A stretch of DNA of 63,839 nucleotides, the filler included, from Atractiella rhizophila (lineage: Eukaryota), in assembly GCA_021432655.1 (NCBI GenBank). It is 3 parts of 3 records of this genome, joined end to end, with 100 filler letters (N's around TTAATTAATTAA, not from the genome) between each part and the next. Parts side by side here need not be neighbours in the genome. Positions count along the whole stretch, not along the records: positions 1 to 31,041 come from MU271702.1; positions 31,142 to 62,156 come from MU271703.1; 1 more part is not named here. One strand, written 5' to 3'. Positions 24,558-37,200 of the stretch are shown one piece after another (the first letter of the stretch is position 1; every line of letters starts with the position of its first letter). Made by a program: the position numbers and the translations under genes. The notes under the pieces are model-generated. The model saw only the letters and a list, made by a program, of their open reading frames with translations, made no database searches and was not told the origin of the DNA.

Positions 24558-27500
24558 ACCGGTAAGCGTCCTGATATGGTTTACAGCCGTATCGCATGGG
24601 ATGTGCCGTATCCATAATGCTCTCCTGAGCCCCTAATTACTGCCAATATCACTATTGCCATAGCTCCACAATCAAGGTATGTTTTCCATATACTGCATAG
24701 ACCACCGTGTCAACATTCTCTAAGAAGGGGCCATAACCCAGATCAGCCAGATGCAGAGAGCGTGTTGCTGGCATGTATTCATGTCTGGTGGGTTGAGGTG
24801 CGCTCTTCTTTCTTCTTTCATTTGCCCTTTCCGACGACTTCCGACCCTGCAGCTTCCAGAAGATTCTATTCCAAGCGCTGTTGACATGGAGGATTCTGCA
24901 GATAGGGTTATAAAAGGTGTGCCACCTCTTCTCTTCAACCCAGTGTCGAATTTGATGCTCATAGTAGAACCGGTCCGATCTGAGGAAGTCAGGTCGTCCC
25001 CACGCCGCAACAAGGGGCTCGCCCTCAATCTCTCAACATGTTTTAGGTCACTCTGGCAGCAATGTTCTCCCCCCTGTCGAAATCAATCGTCCCCAATCCT
25101 CTTCCAGACCATCCCTCTGCCAAGTTGACGGAGCATCACTATCCACATGTGAAATCACGGCTCCAGCAGACTCAACCATCTTGGGAGTGAACAAGAGGAG
25201 GGGCGAACCAGCTTGAAGCGGAAGAGGACGACGGATATGGACACAAAAGAGGAGGAGTCCGAAGAGGAACTAGAGAGTGAGGATGGGATGGAGAAGTTGA
25301 GATTATGAAGGTAGGTGTCACTTACTGTCTTTCACTTCAAAGTGTTGTGGTGAGCTGAAGATCTACTATGTATTCAGATGTGAGCAATGCCAAATGGGAA
25401 GAGAGAACTCGACCACCCGCTCCAAAGAAGGTGCGCTGTCCTTGACTCTCTGCGTTAAGATTGCTTATTCATCTCATCAATAAAGAGCGCATGAGCAACA
25501 AAGAAGCCTGCAAAGGCGCAACGGAAAAGAGTAAAGAAGAAACTCAAAAAGAGTGACCCCGAGTTGCGCGCTGAAATTGACGCAAGTGGACCCCTCCATA
25601 TGCAGGCTTTCAGGGCAAAGGAAATCCACTGATATGGAATTGCTGGAAGGTGCTTTGATCCTGCAAAGTCTCGTATTTACGACTTATGACTGACGTGTCC
25701 TGTTGCAGCACGATCCAAATACACCTGCTTATCCGGAAGGCATGGAAGGTGACCGCTCGATTTATGAGTGCGCTCTAGGGTGTGGGTATGATATATCATC
25801 TCACATATTGAATACATCTAATAGGCATGCTAAAGGACAATCCATTCCTTCATTGGCACGGAGTACTCGAACCGCAATAAGCACACCCATGAGTGCAAGC
25901 AACGGCACCTTGCCAGTCAACTCGGTATTACCCTCCCGCCTCTCCCTCCGCAGCTGCAGCAACAGGAAGGAGACCCAAATGCGCTCAACAATTTCCTCGC
26001 CAGGAAGCGGAGCAAGGGAGAGATTGATCAGCTCTTTCACAAGATTGTTGAGTGGATCGTCTGAACAGATAAACCTTGGTCGGTAGTAGAGGAGAATGGT
26101 TTCAGAGAGATTCTGAAATCATTGGACAGTGGGGAGGCAGTCTACGGTCGAATGATGGCTTATGCAGGGGCGTCGTGCCTCCACAATGTGCTGAAGGAGC
26201 ATGTGCAAGCAGATATTGATGTGGGTGATTTGGTTTCATATTTCAATGACCATGCTCATGTGAAAATAGGCCCATGAAGGTGAAATCCACGTTAACACGG
26301 ACTGTTAGACTAGCTTTGGGTCTGTGCATGCGATTAGTGCAATGATTGGCTATTGGATCAATGGGAATCCGTGTTCTTCGCTTCTCTATCCTTGAGGAGT
26401 CCACAGGTCAATCAATCTTGCGCTAAGAATGAGACAAATGTTGATGGACCGGAACATTGTGAATAAGCTAGGTATGATTCTCTTTTACATCCATTACTGA
26501 ACAAGCTAATAAATTACAAGGAAATGTTGGCTCTGATCACGCATCAAATATCATCTCTTCCGTGCCTTGTCTTCAAGCCAGCTTAATCTCTGAATGAGAT
26601 GAAATCTGGGAGGCTGGCAAGCGACATGATGGCTGCACTCCATACAATTGCTCTTTCTGCACAAGCTGGACATTCGTGATCGTGAAAGATACTTTGAGCA
26701 GTTTCAGCCATGGGAGTCGGAGGTCCTCCGGAAGTCAAGGTTTATTACTTGAAGGACAAGAATCCTGGATTGCATGGAGGTGATACGGCTGATGAGGGAG
26801 TGGGAGAGGACGAGTAGCTGAAGGAGGTCGCGGGTTTGGATAATGACAAGCTGTCCGATGTTGATGAGTCTGATTGGGGGATGCGATGGGAGGTGGAGAT
26901 GACGAAGAGGAGCTAAAGTGCCTCTTGTTTGTTAAAAAGAGTAAATGGTCGATACAGAATAAGGTGTGGTATGGTGCAGGTCACGAAGTCCCAACACCTG
27001 GGGCCAATTTTTTGTTAAATTTTCAGAAGTCGAAATAAGTCGAAATAAGGTTTCGAGTTCGGAAACAGAAAGCAACTTTAATTGATACCGGAAATGTTGT
27101 CGGCACCGGAATATCTGCCTGCCTTGTCCACGTATAATAACCTCTGTCGTGTACATGTCCTTTCCCCCTTCTCAGCGGCCAATTTTTAGAAGTGAGATTC
27201 TAATAACTTGATCAAGAGGAAGTATTTTTAAAATCTGGTCTTAAGGAATTCAAGAGGGGTGTTTTGTAACCATTTCCTAGAGAACAGAATTGGGAAAAGC
27301 CCACAGTTGAGGTTGTAGATACAAGTTGGAATTTTTAGGTTGGGACTAGGCGACCTGCACCATAGCGTATTTCCTCTGCTCCTCCCCCATTCCTCTTCTT
27401 GAAAGAGGATACAAACACTGCTGACCAAACTTTTGTACATAGCTCTTTAAACTTTGCCGCATCATTTGCTCGACTTACAAATCATTGTTGTGTCTTCAAG

Positions 27501-28551
27501 TGTGTCTCCAATGAGACCTATCCTGATGGCCATCGGAATCGAGGTGTCATGCCAAAGAGAAACAATACAATATGTTGGAATTCTGAACATAATGTCCTGG
27601 CCAGAGGATATCGATTGAAGCAAGTGAACAATTACCATCTGAGTGCCACTTAACTCCCCTCACCAAACTATCTAGGCTTATACACCTGTTTATAAGTTTG
27701 TTGACTCATATGGTGGCCTGGCATGCATCTGTAAGCTTGATAAGTACTACACTATTGCGAAGAATACCTGGTACTATCAGTTAGCCACAGGTCTGTCTTC
27801 TGTCTATTATGTGTCCAAGCTGCTGAAGTTCCTAATAGCAGTTGACCCGTGTTATGGGCTTTCTTTTCTTGGTGAAACACCTGAAAGCGAGTTTCGGAAG
27901 ATCGTTGTAGGTAGGCTTAAAATGGAACACACTGGCGAGCTGCAACAATTGGGTGGAGAAACACAATCACTGAGACTAGGCCTCCAAGTGAGAAAGTTCA
28001 AGGCAGGTGAGGATGATGATGAGAAGGTGATGGTGCTTGTTGATTTCCCATCAAATGGTGATTCTGAAGACAGTTTACATGAGGTTGACCGCTTTCACTG
28101 GAATCAAATATCTCATGACACATGTCCCCTTCCATGGTGGAAGGTGTGTCCTCAATTGACTTCCTCACATTCTTATAAAGTCCTTCTTTGCTAACGCCAC
28201 AAAGACATGTATCCGATTTTAAGACTTATCACCCCTGATCTTCTTGCTATCTCTGCTTCAATAGCTGGTGTTGAATGTCTTTTTTCATAGACCAAAATAT
28301 TAATACCCATCAGAGAGGCTCAATGTCTGCATCCACCCTTGCTAAAACCATGACGTCAAAGGCATGGCTAATGCAAGGTGTGTTCTTGGAAGTGTGAAAT
28401 ATGATATTCCATTACCACATATATGCCATTATAGTGATCCCATATAGTATAAAGAGACCAAGCTGATGTTGTAAGGTTGTCTGTACCATACCACATTGGG
28501 AAAGGTGGATACTGCCAGTATTTTATAGCCATACCCATATACTGTACTGGT
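24558..28551 (+). mobile_element. Decayed hAT DNA transposon with a transposase pseudogene (~25150-28400)
   Basis: BED-like YECALGCG...NTSNRH; VEENGFREIL; GEIHVNTDC*TS (DxW motif with TGG>TAG); SDHASN; CWNSEHNVLAR (RWNS motif); C-terminal dimerisation region PLPWWK...YPILRLI..DLLAISASIAGVECLFS...KAWL. Termini are approximate. Confidence 0.85.
26972..27362. mobile_element. ~390-bp MITE (Tc1/mariner-like, TA TSD) inserted in the hAT transposase
   Basis: TA|TGGTGCAGGTCacgaAGTCCCAAC ... GTTGGGACTaggcGACCTGCACCA|TA: imperfect 24-bp TIRs flanked by TA. Confidence 0.8.
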
Positions 28552-29009
28552 TGTAGTGCGGCTTAAAGGGCAAAGGCCTTAAATAATTTAAGGCTTATTA
28601 ATAGACCTTTAAAACAATGGTGATTTTTAAGTCTGCTTATTAAGCCTTAAAACGCTTTATGTTTAGTTTAAGGCCAAAAGCAGAAACATCAAGGGCCCAG
28701 TAGAGCCTGCTATGAAGTCAGTAAGGAGGGAATCTGATGATGGAGCTTCCTCTTCTTCGGTTGCACGCTAGGCTGTCCTTTATTTCTCCGATCCGGCAGA
28801 GGCTCACCTTCCTTACACCTCCTGAGGAGGGTTTAGTTGAAGGTATAGCGTTGTGGGAGGTGACAGGAGAGAGAATTAATGGGAGGGTTAAGGGAGGTTG
28901 GGACCGATTTTGGAACTAGGAGTGGAAGATAAAGGATGGAGGATCAGCCTGGGAGGAGGGTCAATGCTGCCCAGAGGAACTATGACCAGAGCCGAGTACC
29001 TTTTATTAC

Positions 29010-30120
29010 AGGCAGTGGTAATGTAATGTTGTGCTGTTGTAATGTAATGTAATGCACTGTTTTCTCCCACACTTTCCTGTACAAAGTAATGGTATTACCA
29101 TTTCCAGAATCCTACACTGAGATCCATAATGCATAATAATTATTTCTTACATATTGCATGGTAGGGCATCCAGGCATCCAGGCATTGCTTGGATCTGTTC
29201 TTATTTTCTGGTTGTGTTTTCGATGCTTAGTAATCTTGACAACAGAGCTTTACCGGACATGTTAAATTAATTCAACTTCTGATGGCCATCTTCTCTGTCT
29301 CATGCTCCTTCAGTCCATGAACCATAACCGGTTCTCCACATTAGTAAGCTTCTCTTCTCCTCTCCCCTTCCAGATTTCTATCTCATGGAGTGAGTTCTTT
29401 GCTTTATATAATCTTATTCACATCCAAAGCTCAACCAATGATAGTAGAAAGGGCTTACATATGCTCCACCTCCCAGTTACTCAACCAGCGGATGAACTTC
29501 AGGGTTATTTCAATTTCGAAGCTCTGCTAATCCATCAGTATGGTGGAGGGTGAATTCTCTCATTGCTGTCTGTTTACAGTGCTCATTATGTTAGTAGACA
29601 AACATGCTTCTTTCCCAATATTGCTGGGCATGGCATTGAACTATCACACCATACCTGCTGTCATTGTCAACCTCGAAAGATACTTCTCATGGTCTCAAAG
29701 GATACTAACTAATACATGAGCCTTGATGACAACAAGGCTTGGGTAGAGCATGATCTTCAAGGTTTGGATGATACAAATTGTTTCTATTACAGTTGAATTC
29801 GGACTGATTTTGGAGGAACAAAATGTGGTGGAATAGTTACATTGTTTCTACCTGTTATTGTATTAAGGTGTGCACATCTCCATTATATTTGGGTTCTTTT
29901 GTTGTTCTCCATTAATAGTACTTTATAAACGAAAGTACGCAATTATATGGCCATATAATTATTAGAAAATAATACATAAGTTTGTTTTTGAAAGTAATGG
30001 CAGTATATTATACTCTGCCAAAAGAATATTATTTTGCATTAAGAAAGTAATGTTATAATGTAATTTGTTCAGCATTGACCATGATACCTACAATAAAGAG
30101 ATGCCGGCAATGTAACCCTG
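29010..30120 (+). mobile_element. Second hAT relic (C-terminal dimerisation domain only)
   Basis: ~29520-29780 encodes NPSVWWR...FPILLGMALNYHTIPAVIVNLERYFS...IFKVWM. GTAAT-rich subterminal repeats occur at both ends, ending ...GTAACCCTG. Confidence 0.65.
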
Positions 30121-30129
30121 ACACCTTCT

Positions 30130-30805
30130 TTTAATTCTTTAACTGCCTTCATAACAGGATCATCCTTCTCATCCACCTTTCTGATTCAGTCCAACAGTTG
30201 TTCTGATTCTTCATCACCGCCAAGATTATAGCCAGTTCCTCAGCTCATAATACGTAATGCTGAGGAAATTATTGTTTTGCCTGAATAAAATACTTCTCTC
30301 ATAGAAGTACAATGTCCTCATTACTTTAGATCCATCATAGTGATGGGTTGTCCTTCCAGTATCTCTATCCCTCTGATACCTTGACAATCAACAACATCTC
30401 CTTGTTGTAGATTTTGTAGTTGTGTTCAGCTGAGAAGAGGACTTCAATAGGAAGGCAATAGCATGATAATTTCATCATCGTTCTTCTGGAGAGAATAGCT
30501 CCAAGAGCATGAGCAGAGCTATCAGCTTCAATAAGATAAGGCTTTGTCATCTTCTGGATATGACAGAACAGGTGCTGAAGTGACTGCTCTCTTGAGGTTG
30601 TGAAATACAGACAGCCTACCTGTGGTCAGTGTCCCCAGTGAAAAACCATGCCTTATTGTGAAGATCAGAAGGAGGGCAAGTAGTAGAGAAGAAATCCTTA
30701 ATAAATCAAGAGTAAATTGAGTAAATCCGATAAAAGACAGGACTTCCTTAAGGTTCCTTGGAGTTGGCCATTCAATCACCCTAGCAACATTTACTGGGTC
30801 CATCT
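30130..30805 (-). mobile_element. Ty3/gypsy RT-connection/RNase H fragment (frameshifted)
   Basis: MDPVNVARVIEWPTPRNLKEVLSFIGF; LKRAVTSAPVLSYP; YLIEADSSAHALGAILS; EHNYKIYNKEMLLIV. Confidence 0.9.
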
Positions 30806-31041
30806 TGATTCTACTGTGCTCTTAGTCATATTAATGGTGGATCAATGGGAATCCGTGTTCTTCGCTTCTCTATCCTTGAGGAGTCCACAGGTCAATCAAT
30901 CTTGCGCTAAGAATGAGACAAATGTTGATGGGCCAGATTGTATCAAAATCGCATGCACAGACCCAAAGCTAGTCTAACAGTCCGTGTTAACGTGGATTTC
31001 ACCTTCATGGGCCTATTTTCACATGAGCATGGTCATTGAAA

Positions 31042-31141
31042 NNNNNNNNNNNNNNNNNNNNNNNNNNNNNNNNNNNNNNNNNNNNTTAATTAATTAANNN
31101 NNNNNNNNNNNNNNNNNNNNNNNNNNNNNNNNNNNNNNNNN
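31042..31141. other. Artificial contig-joining linker (N run containing TTAATTAATTAA)
   Basis: A 12-mer with stops in all six frames at 31086-31097, inside Ns. Confidence 0.95.
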
Positions 31142-31324
31142 GGAGACAAGGCAGGCGAAGGACGAGTTTTGAACTGGGAGGAAGAGCCGCCAAAGGAATG
31201 GGACGCTGCTGCAGAGATGGAGTTCGAAGATGGTGAGAAGGCAAGAGAAATGGAAGAGGTCACAGAAAACGATGGACGAAAAGGAGAAGGCAGTGAGGAG
31301 AGAAAAGTTGAAGGTGAACATTAG
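31142..31324 (+). CDS. 3' end of an unknown gene (acidic C-terminus), truncated by the linker
   Basis: Open frame GDKAGEGRVLNWEEEPPKEWDAAAEMEFEDGEK...VEGEH* from the contig edge, followed by a 3'UTR-like stretch. Confidence 0.4.
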   Translation, partial: GDKAGEGRVLNWEEEPPKEWDAAAEMEFEDGEKAREMEEVTENDGRKGEGSEERKVEGEH

Positions 31325-31650
31325 GTATTCGATTCAGTTTAGTCCCGTACATCCACATCCATCAACTCCGGTCACTACACAGCATTATAATATCACATAT
31401 GCATCTCATATTTATGTTAATCATCATGTCGACATTGCAATTCAAGCTCGCTCCATTCTACACTTGGTCTTGTTTGTGCTTAGGAAGTTGATCTACTGCT
31501 GACGGCCAGTTCTCATCCCACTCCTTCTCGATCCTTCATACTCACCAACCCTTTCAATCTACACATCCTCAATCCCTCCACATCTCCCCTCCGGACCTGT
31601 TCTGCTGGAGCTGAGCGGCATGAATGCAGTCGAGAAGCCTTGAAGCCACC

Positions 31651-34296
31651 TCAGGATTCGAGGAAGAAGTATTGACCAGAAGCTAATAAAGTCATCTTAG
31701 CTCACAATAACATCAAGGGAATGAGAGACAAACCTTTCTGCTCCTTGTCCTTCATGGAATCGTGCTTGTTAATCCTAGGCCTATAGTTCGTAGGGTCCCT
31801 CCTGAAAGTAATCTCCAGTGAGCTGAGGAACTTGTTCATACCGGACAACAAAGATTCGGGAGCATGGGCAGTGGCTTCGACGGAGGGCTGTCCGTCAAAT
31901 ACTATGACACGGTCGGCGAGGTAGGTGGCCATGATAAAATCGTGTTCGACAATGAAGGCAGTTTTCTTTGCGTGGAGGATAAACCTTTGCGTCCATCGTG
32001 CGTCAGCTTTAGATGATAACACCATATATAGAGGAAACAGACCTCTTGATGACCTTAGAAGCGATGATACGCTGTTCCGAATCGAGGTAAGCAGACGGTT
32101 CATCGATGAGGTAGACATCAGCTGGGTGTCCGAGACACAAGACGATAGCAACACGCTGAAGTTCTCCACCAGACAAAGTTTGGACTTCCTGATCGAGGAG
32201 ATCTTCAATCGCCATCGGCTTGAGGACGTCGGTGTTGAATTGAGGGTGCATAAACATCGTCCTGATCCTCTTCAGCAGCAATTGCCTAACCGTACCAGGG
32301 AACTTAGGGGCAATCGTTTGAGGCTTGATGGAACGCGACAGAGTAGGCACTTGAGCTTTGTTGTCCGATTCAAGCTTGCCGGAGAGGAGATGAACAAAGG
32401 TAGTTTTTCCTATCCAACACAATGACCTCAGAACCCCTTCTACCAAATTGAGTAGGAAGCTCACCTGTCCCATTTTCTCCAAGAAGAACAATGATCTCGC
32501 TATCCGTGAAGTCTCCTGCTTCAATATGAAGCTTGAAGTCTCCTTGAGTCTTTTCGATTGCTGGATACTTGATCTTCCTCGTTTTCTCAATAGTCACCTC
32601 ATCTGCCGTTTCTGCTAGCTTGAAATGCAGAGATTCCTGCCTAAACCTCAAGTTCTCCGAAGGAATCATTCCTTCCAAGACTGTGCCCAGGTAGTGTTGT
32701 ATCAGCTACAATCTTCCACTTTCAAATTATAGAGACGAACAGGAGTTGATTCCTTCCCTGACGGTAGCGGGATACGTGACCACACCGTACACACCGGGCA
32801 TACCGTAGAGCGTGCAGATGAAGTCGGAGAGGTAGTCAAGAACGGAAAGATCGTGCTCGACCGCGATAACATAACAGTCAGGTGTGAGGAGCGATCGAAT
32901 GACACGAGCCGCGTTGAGACGTTGTTTGACGTCGAGGTAAGAGGAAGGCTCGTCAAACATATATCTTGATCGGAGCGAATCAGCACACAAAAACAACAAC
33001 GAAATGGGAAGAACACTCACATGTCCGCTTTCTGCACGCAGCTCAATGCCAACGCAAACCTCTGTAGCTCTCCTCCGGACAGCTGGCTGGGCTGTCTGTC
33101 GAGGACGACTCTGAGATCGAGCATATCGAGAATCTCATCATACTTGTCCTTCCTTTCAAGCCTCGCCTCCAAAAGTTCCTTCACAGTTTGCGTCCCTTTA
33201 ATAGCTCTGGGGATCTGATCCACGTATTGGGGTTTCATTATCGGCTTCAAGTTGTCCTCGAGCACCTTTGTGAAGTAATTTTGCAGCTCAGAGCCACGAA
33301 AGTATTTGAGGATGTCGGTCCAATCTGGGGGGTCCTAGCATCCATATCGTCCTTCAGCGGCTTCCTACCTGTTAGGACAGAAAAACATACATCGTACCGT
33401 CCCAAATTTGGTTTCAGTTTGCCGCTCAAAATCTTCAATGCCGTACTCTTTCCTATACCGTTAGCTCCAACGAGACCCAACACTTGACCAGGACGAGGAG
33501 TAGGGAGACGATGAAGTTTGAAAGCGTTGGCAGCATATCGATGGGTGACCTCCTTCTCTAGGTTCGTTGGGAGATTGATGATCTGGATTGCTTCGAAAGG
33601 ACACTTCTTTGGGCAAATACCGCAACCGATACAGAGCTCCTCAGAGATGAATGCGATCTTCGAGGACGGGTCCACTTCGATACAGAGTTTTCCTAGAAAA
33701 GAATTAGCGATCACATACTTGAAGGGCATTGTTTGTATATTGGTCATGTGCATCAAGAAGGATGGAGATACAGGCAATATCTTTTCTTCGTTTATTGTTG
33801 TAAACGTTCCATTAATGCTCTTAAGAGCCTTTCAGCCTAATTACTGATCGATGGTGAGAGAATAGTCCAACAAAGTTTCGCCGCGTGCCACGACTCGAAT
33901 CATGACTGAATGCCCTACTGTTATGCACCAAGAATATGACGGGATAAAACTTTCTCGTGCACTCCAGATTCAAACAAAAATGTATGGAGTTAGGATATTC
34001 CCAGACAAGGGCCATATTTCACTCTCAGTAACACTTCTCGCGAGTCCCGTTTATTCTGCAGCAAATCGACCACTCACCAGTTCTCACCACGGGACAACTC
34101 TTCTTGCACTCCTGCCTACACTCTTTATATACCAGTCAAACAACAATTGAACGCAACAATCGTACAATCGGCACAATATCGAATCAAAATCAAGGCATGT
34201 CGTCAGCACCTCAGCTAGCCACTGAGGAATGAACGCACTCTTTGGCTTGCACCTGTCAGGATTGACGATGGCGATCCTAGTGAGTTTATCTGACAT
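31651..34296 (-). CDS. RLI1: ABCE1/Rli1 Fe-S ABC ATPase (ribosome recycling factor), multi-exon
   Basis: [41 protein letters not shown]...[13 protein letters not shown] (two Fe-S motifs); [16 protein letters not shown] twice; [16 protein letters not shown]; ends [10 protein letters not shown]. Confidence 0.97.
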
Positions 34297-37200
34297 CTTA
34301 GCTATCTATCTGCCGGAGAGGGACTAAGAAGAGTTCGGGGGAGGAATGAGTAGAACTTTCGTCGTTTTGATCAGTGAAAGATTGTTGCGATCAAAAATTT
34401 GTGTACGTACTGTGAGCGTACGTCAGGTTTTTGATAAACAACGAGCCATGATTGGCCAAGTGGAGAAAGGAGGATCGTTCAATGTGCATGCTTGTCCATG
34501 GAGAAGGACAGTGCTGGGAGAAATGAGATTATTTCCTAGGCCGGAACGGACTGCAAGGTTGCAGTAAAGATATTTCAGCGGCCTCAAGTAAATTCGAGGG
34601 CAAAGCTTCCTTTTTGTTGTCTATCGTGGTGACGAATGCCCTTTCACACGATAGCTCCGAACTGCGTGACCCCTTCATGATGGTCAGCATGCCTTTCGCT
34701 TTCCTGCTCACGACAGCGGCAACACTGCACTTCAAGTAGATTACGCCAGTGACCATCTTAACAAGCGTTCCTTGTATCGAGTCGTGCTCAGAAGGTCTCT
34801 TCAGCTTTTAGAAGGAAGTCGAAGCCAACCTTTAAATTCTCCGAGCGAGGTGATTACAGCGACATTCACGTCAATGTTGTGGATCACCTCTCATTCCCTG
34901 GAAAAAAGCGATGGTGCGGGATAGTGTTCCACTGGTGGTTGTGTTGCTCCGATAGGGTGGGGTTAGGGTTTGGTGTTTGCCTGGTGGTAGGATAGTGTTG
35001 AGGGAAATGACGAGTCGAAATCGAAATCTTGAATATTGAATTGAAAACCGAAACGAACATAAAAAGCTGTTGGTAAAAGCAAAAATAGGTCCGGCCCGTG
35101 GCCGGATCATGAGTCACTGTTCGAAATCTCCCACCACCAAGGTACGTCAGAGGTCCACCCCCTTACCACCATGCCCAAAACGACAAAGTTGACAATTCGC
35201 TCCTCAAGTTCACGATCGACGCGTCAAACTCCTCCCACAGACTCAGATACCTCTGTAGACTAAATTGGGATGGCAGCGACATTCGAAACACGCTCTTTTC
35301 CATGTTTCACATTCTTAGGGTGTCATCCACACGACTTTGCGCACGCGTCAATTTCGTCGAAACGCGTTATTTTGATACCAAATTCTGATATGATTCTCTT
35401 TGAGTGGCTATACACGGGATAGGATGGGTCTGAATCGACGTGACGGTCATCCTAAGTCAAAAAGTTAGTTTGTTTTTCTTTCAGGATGATCGGCCTTTAG
35501 AGGGGGATGCTACTAGGGAATCGATAGCACAGTGGCTCGTCTTGCTGCCTGTAGAGGTACGTAGCCGCTCCTTAGCCAGTTAGACGCGTTCTAATCCCAT
35601 TTGTTGCTTCTGTCAACGTGCGATTTGCCCCGTCGTAGCTTATCGGAATGAGTCGACGCGTCGTGACTTGTGAGTGTTTCCTTCCCTCTTTCCATGCTCA
35701 CAACTGATCTCCTTCTGCTGGGGCCACACAAGGTACGTGGTTTCCCGGCTTTCTAGGGTGTTTTCTCTTCTCCCTTTTCAGTGTGTAGAGCTAACAGTTT
35801 GTTTGGGTTCTTAGGTCGCCGTCTTTCCTCATCTCCAGCGCTCAAGCGCTCGACTGGTTGCTCCATTTTGCCTTCATCCGTCTTATAGGAGTTGCATCGC
35901 ATGGAACTCCCGAAAGGAGGATCTATTAGAGGCCCAGTCTCGCCGGTTGTTGTCCCTCCCGCCTTTCCTCTCTTCCCTCCCCCACCTCTCCTGTCGGCCG
36001 CCTCACGACGCGACACGATCGTCCTCGTTATCCTACACCTTCTGCAAGTTCGCTATACTGAAATCCAGCTTTTACCCGGCAAGACGTGCTTCAAGCCATC
36101 GATAGGAGCCTTCAAAGCGCATCGTCTATTCGACTTTTGCCAAGTTTTGGTGTAGGTGACGGGAGGATTGGAAGCAGTGGAACCTGGAGAAGAGCTTGGG
36201 TTGTCCTTACCAATAACGAGCGGAGGGAGAGGAATGGGGAGGCAGTAAGATATAAGAATATGCAGTAATATGATTACTTTCAAAATAATAACACTATTTG
36301 ACCCAAAAGCAAACCCTACCTGAAGAAAACTCCAACCTAGAGAACGCTAAATGGACGAAAGCGGAACGAAACAAGAACACCATAAATACCCTATCCAAAG
36401 ACCATTGAACGAAATAGAGAACACTATCCTAACACTACTTTACCACTATCCAACGTCATTAATGACCTCAAGTAGCGCCGATTTGATGTTGTTGGATGGT
36501 GTTCGAGTGGTGTTATTTTGGCCAAGATTTAAGCCACTTGAGCACCGACCCCTAAGTCAACACCACGCGACCGCTAACTAAAGGAAGTGCGTTATTCCAG
36601 GGTCTCATTCCCAGCGTCTGTAGATTGCCATTGGATTCCTCCAACCAGCACCAAATTTTGACTCCAGCCCTCATCCCCCTCCGCCTCTGTTCTACCGCAC
36701 AAGGAACAGCATGGGTAACGAATTGCTGCATCTCCTCCATTTCATGCCGCACGCAATCTGATATCCACAGCAGGTGGAAAGGTACAAGAATGAAGCTTCA
36801 ACAAGGGTCTCTTCAACCAACCGCTATTCCGCCTGTTTTAACGATCGCGTCTTTCCGGTTTCATTCAAAACGATTGGTCTTACACAGGACAAACCAGTGA
36901 AAGATAGAATGTTCCCCAAAGCCGAAATGGATTGTGACCACTGACTTGCGCCTCTTGTGTGTATGTCAACTAGGATGTTCAGGAGGTTCAAAGTACCATG
37001 AATTTGACACTGGACCTCTCACATTCGAATGATCTTTCAGCAGGAAGTCGAGGTACTCAGGGCAAAGTTGGAGAACTTGTCACTTTTGGAAAGACCTCAA
37101 GAAGGATCTAGACTTCTCGAGAGCGAATACAATCCACCTGCGCACGTTAATTGGAGCCGAAAAAACCTGAGATTCGAAGAGTGCGGCGCTGGTGATTTTG

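Noticed and set aside
31086..31097. Perfect palindrome TTAATTAATTAA (also at 62201)
   Set aside because: Synthetic six-frame-stop linker. Sequences on either side are not biological neighbours, so no TE-RLI1 or SSADH-GH1 linkage can be inferred.
31925..32425. Long antisense ORFs opposite RLI1, the transporter, Pol iota and the methyltransferase
   Set aside because: Codon-bias shadows of the real genes on the other strand.
35215..35665. Cluster of five ACGCGT (MCB-like) sites
   Set aside because: No cell-cycle gene is adjacent, and the region is probably mirror-written, so the true word would be TGCGCA.
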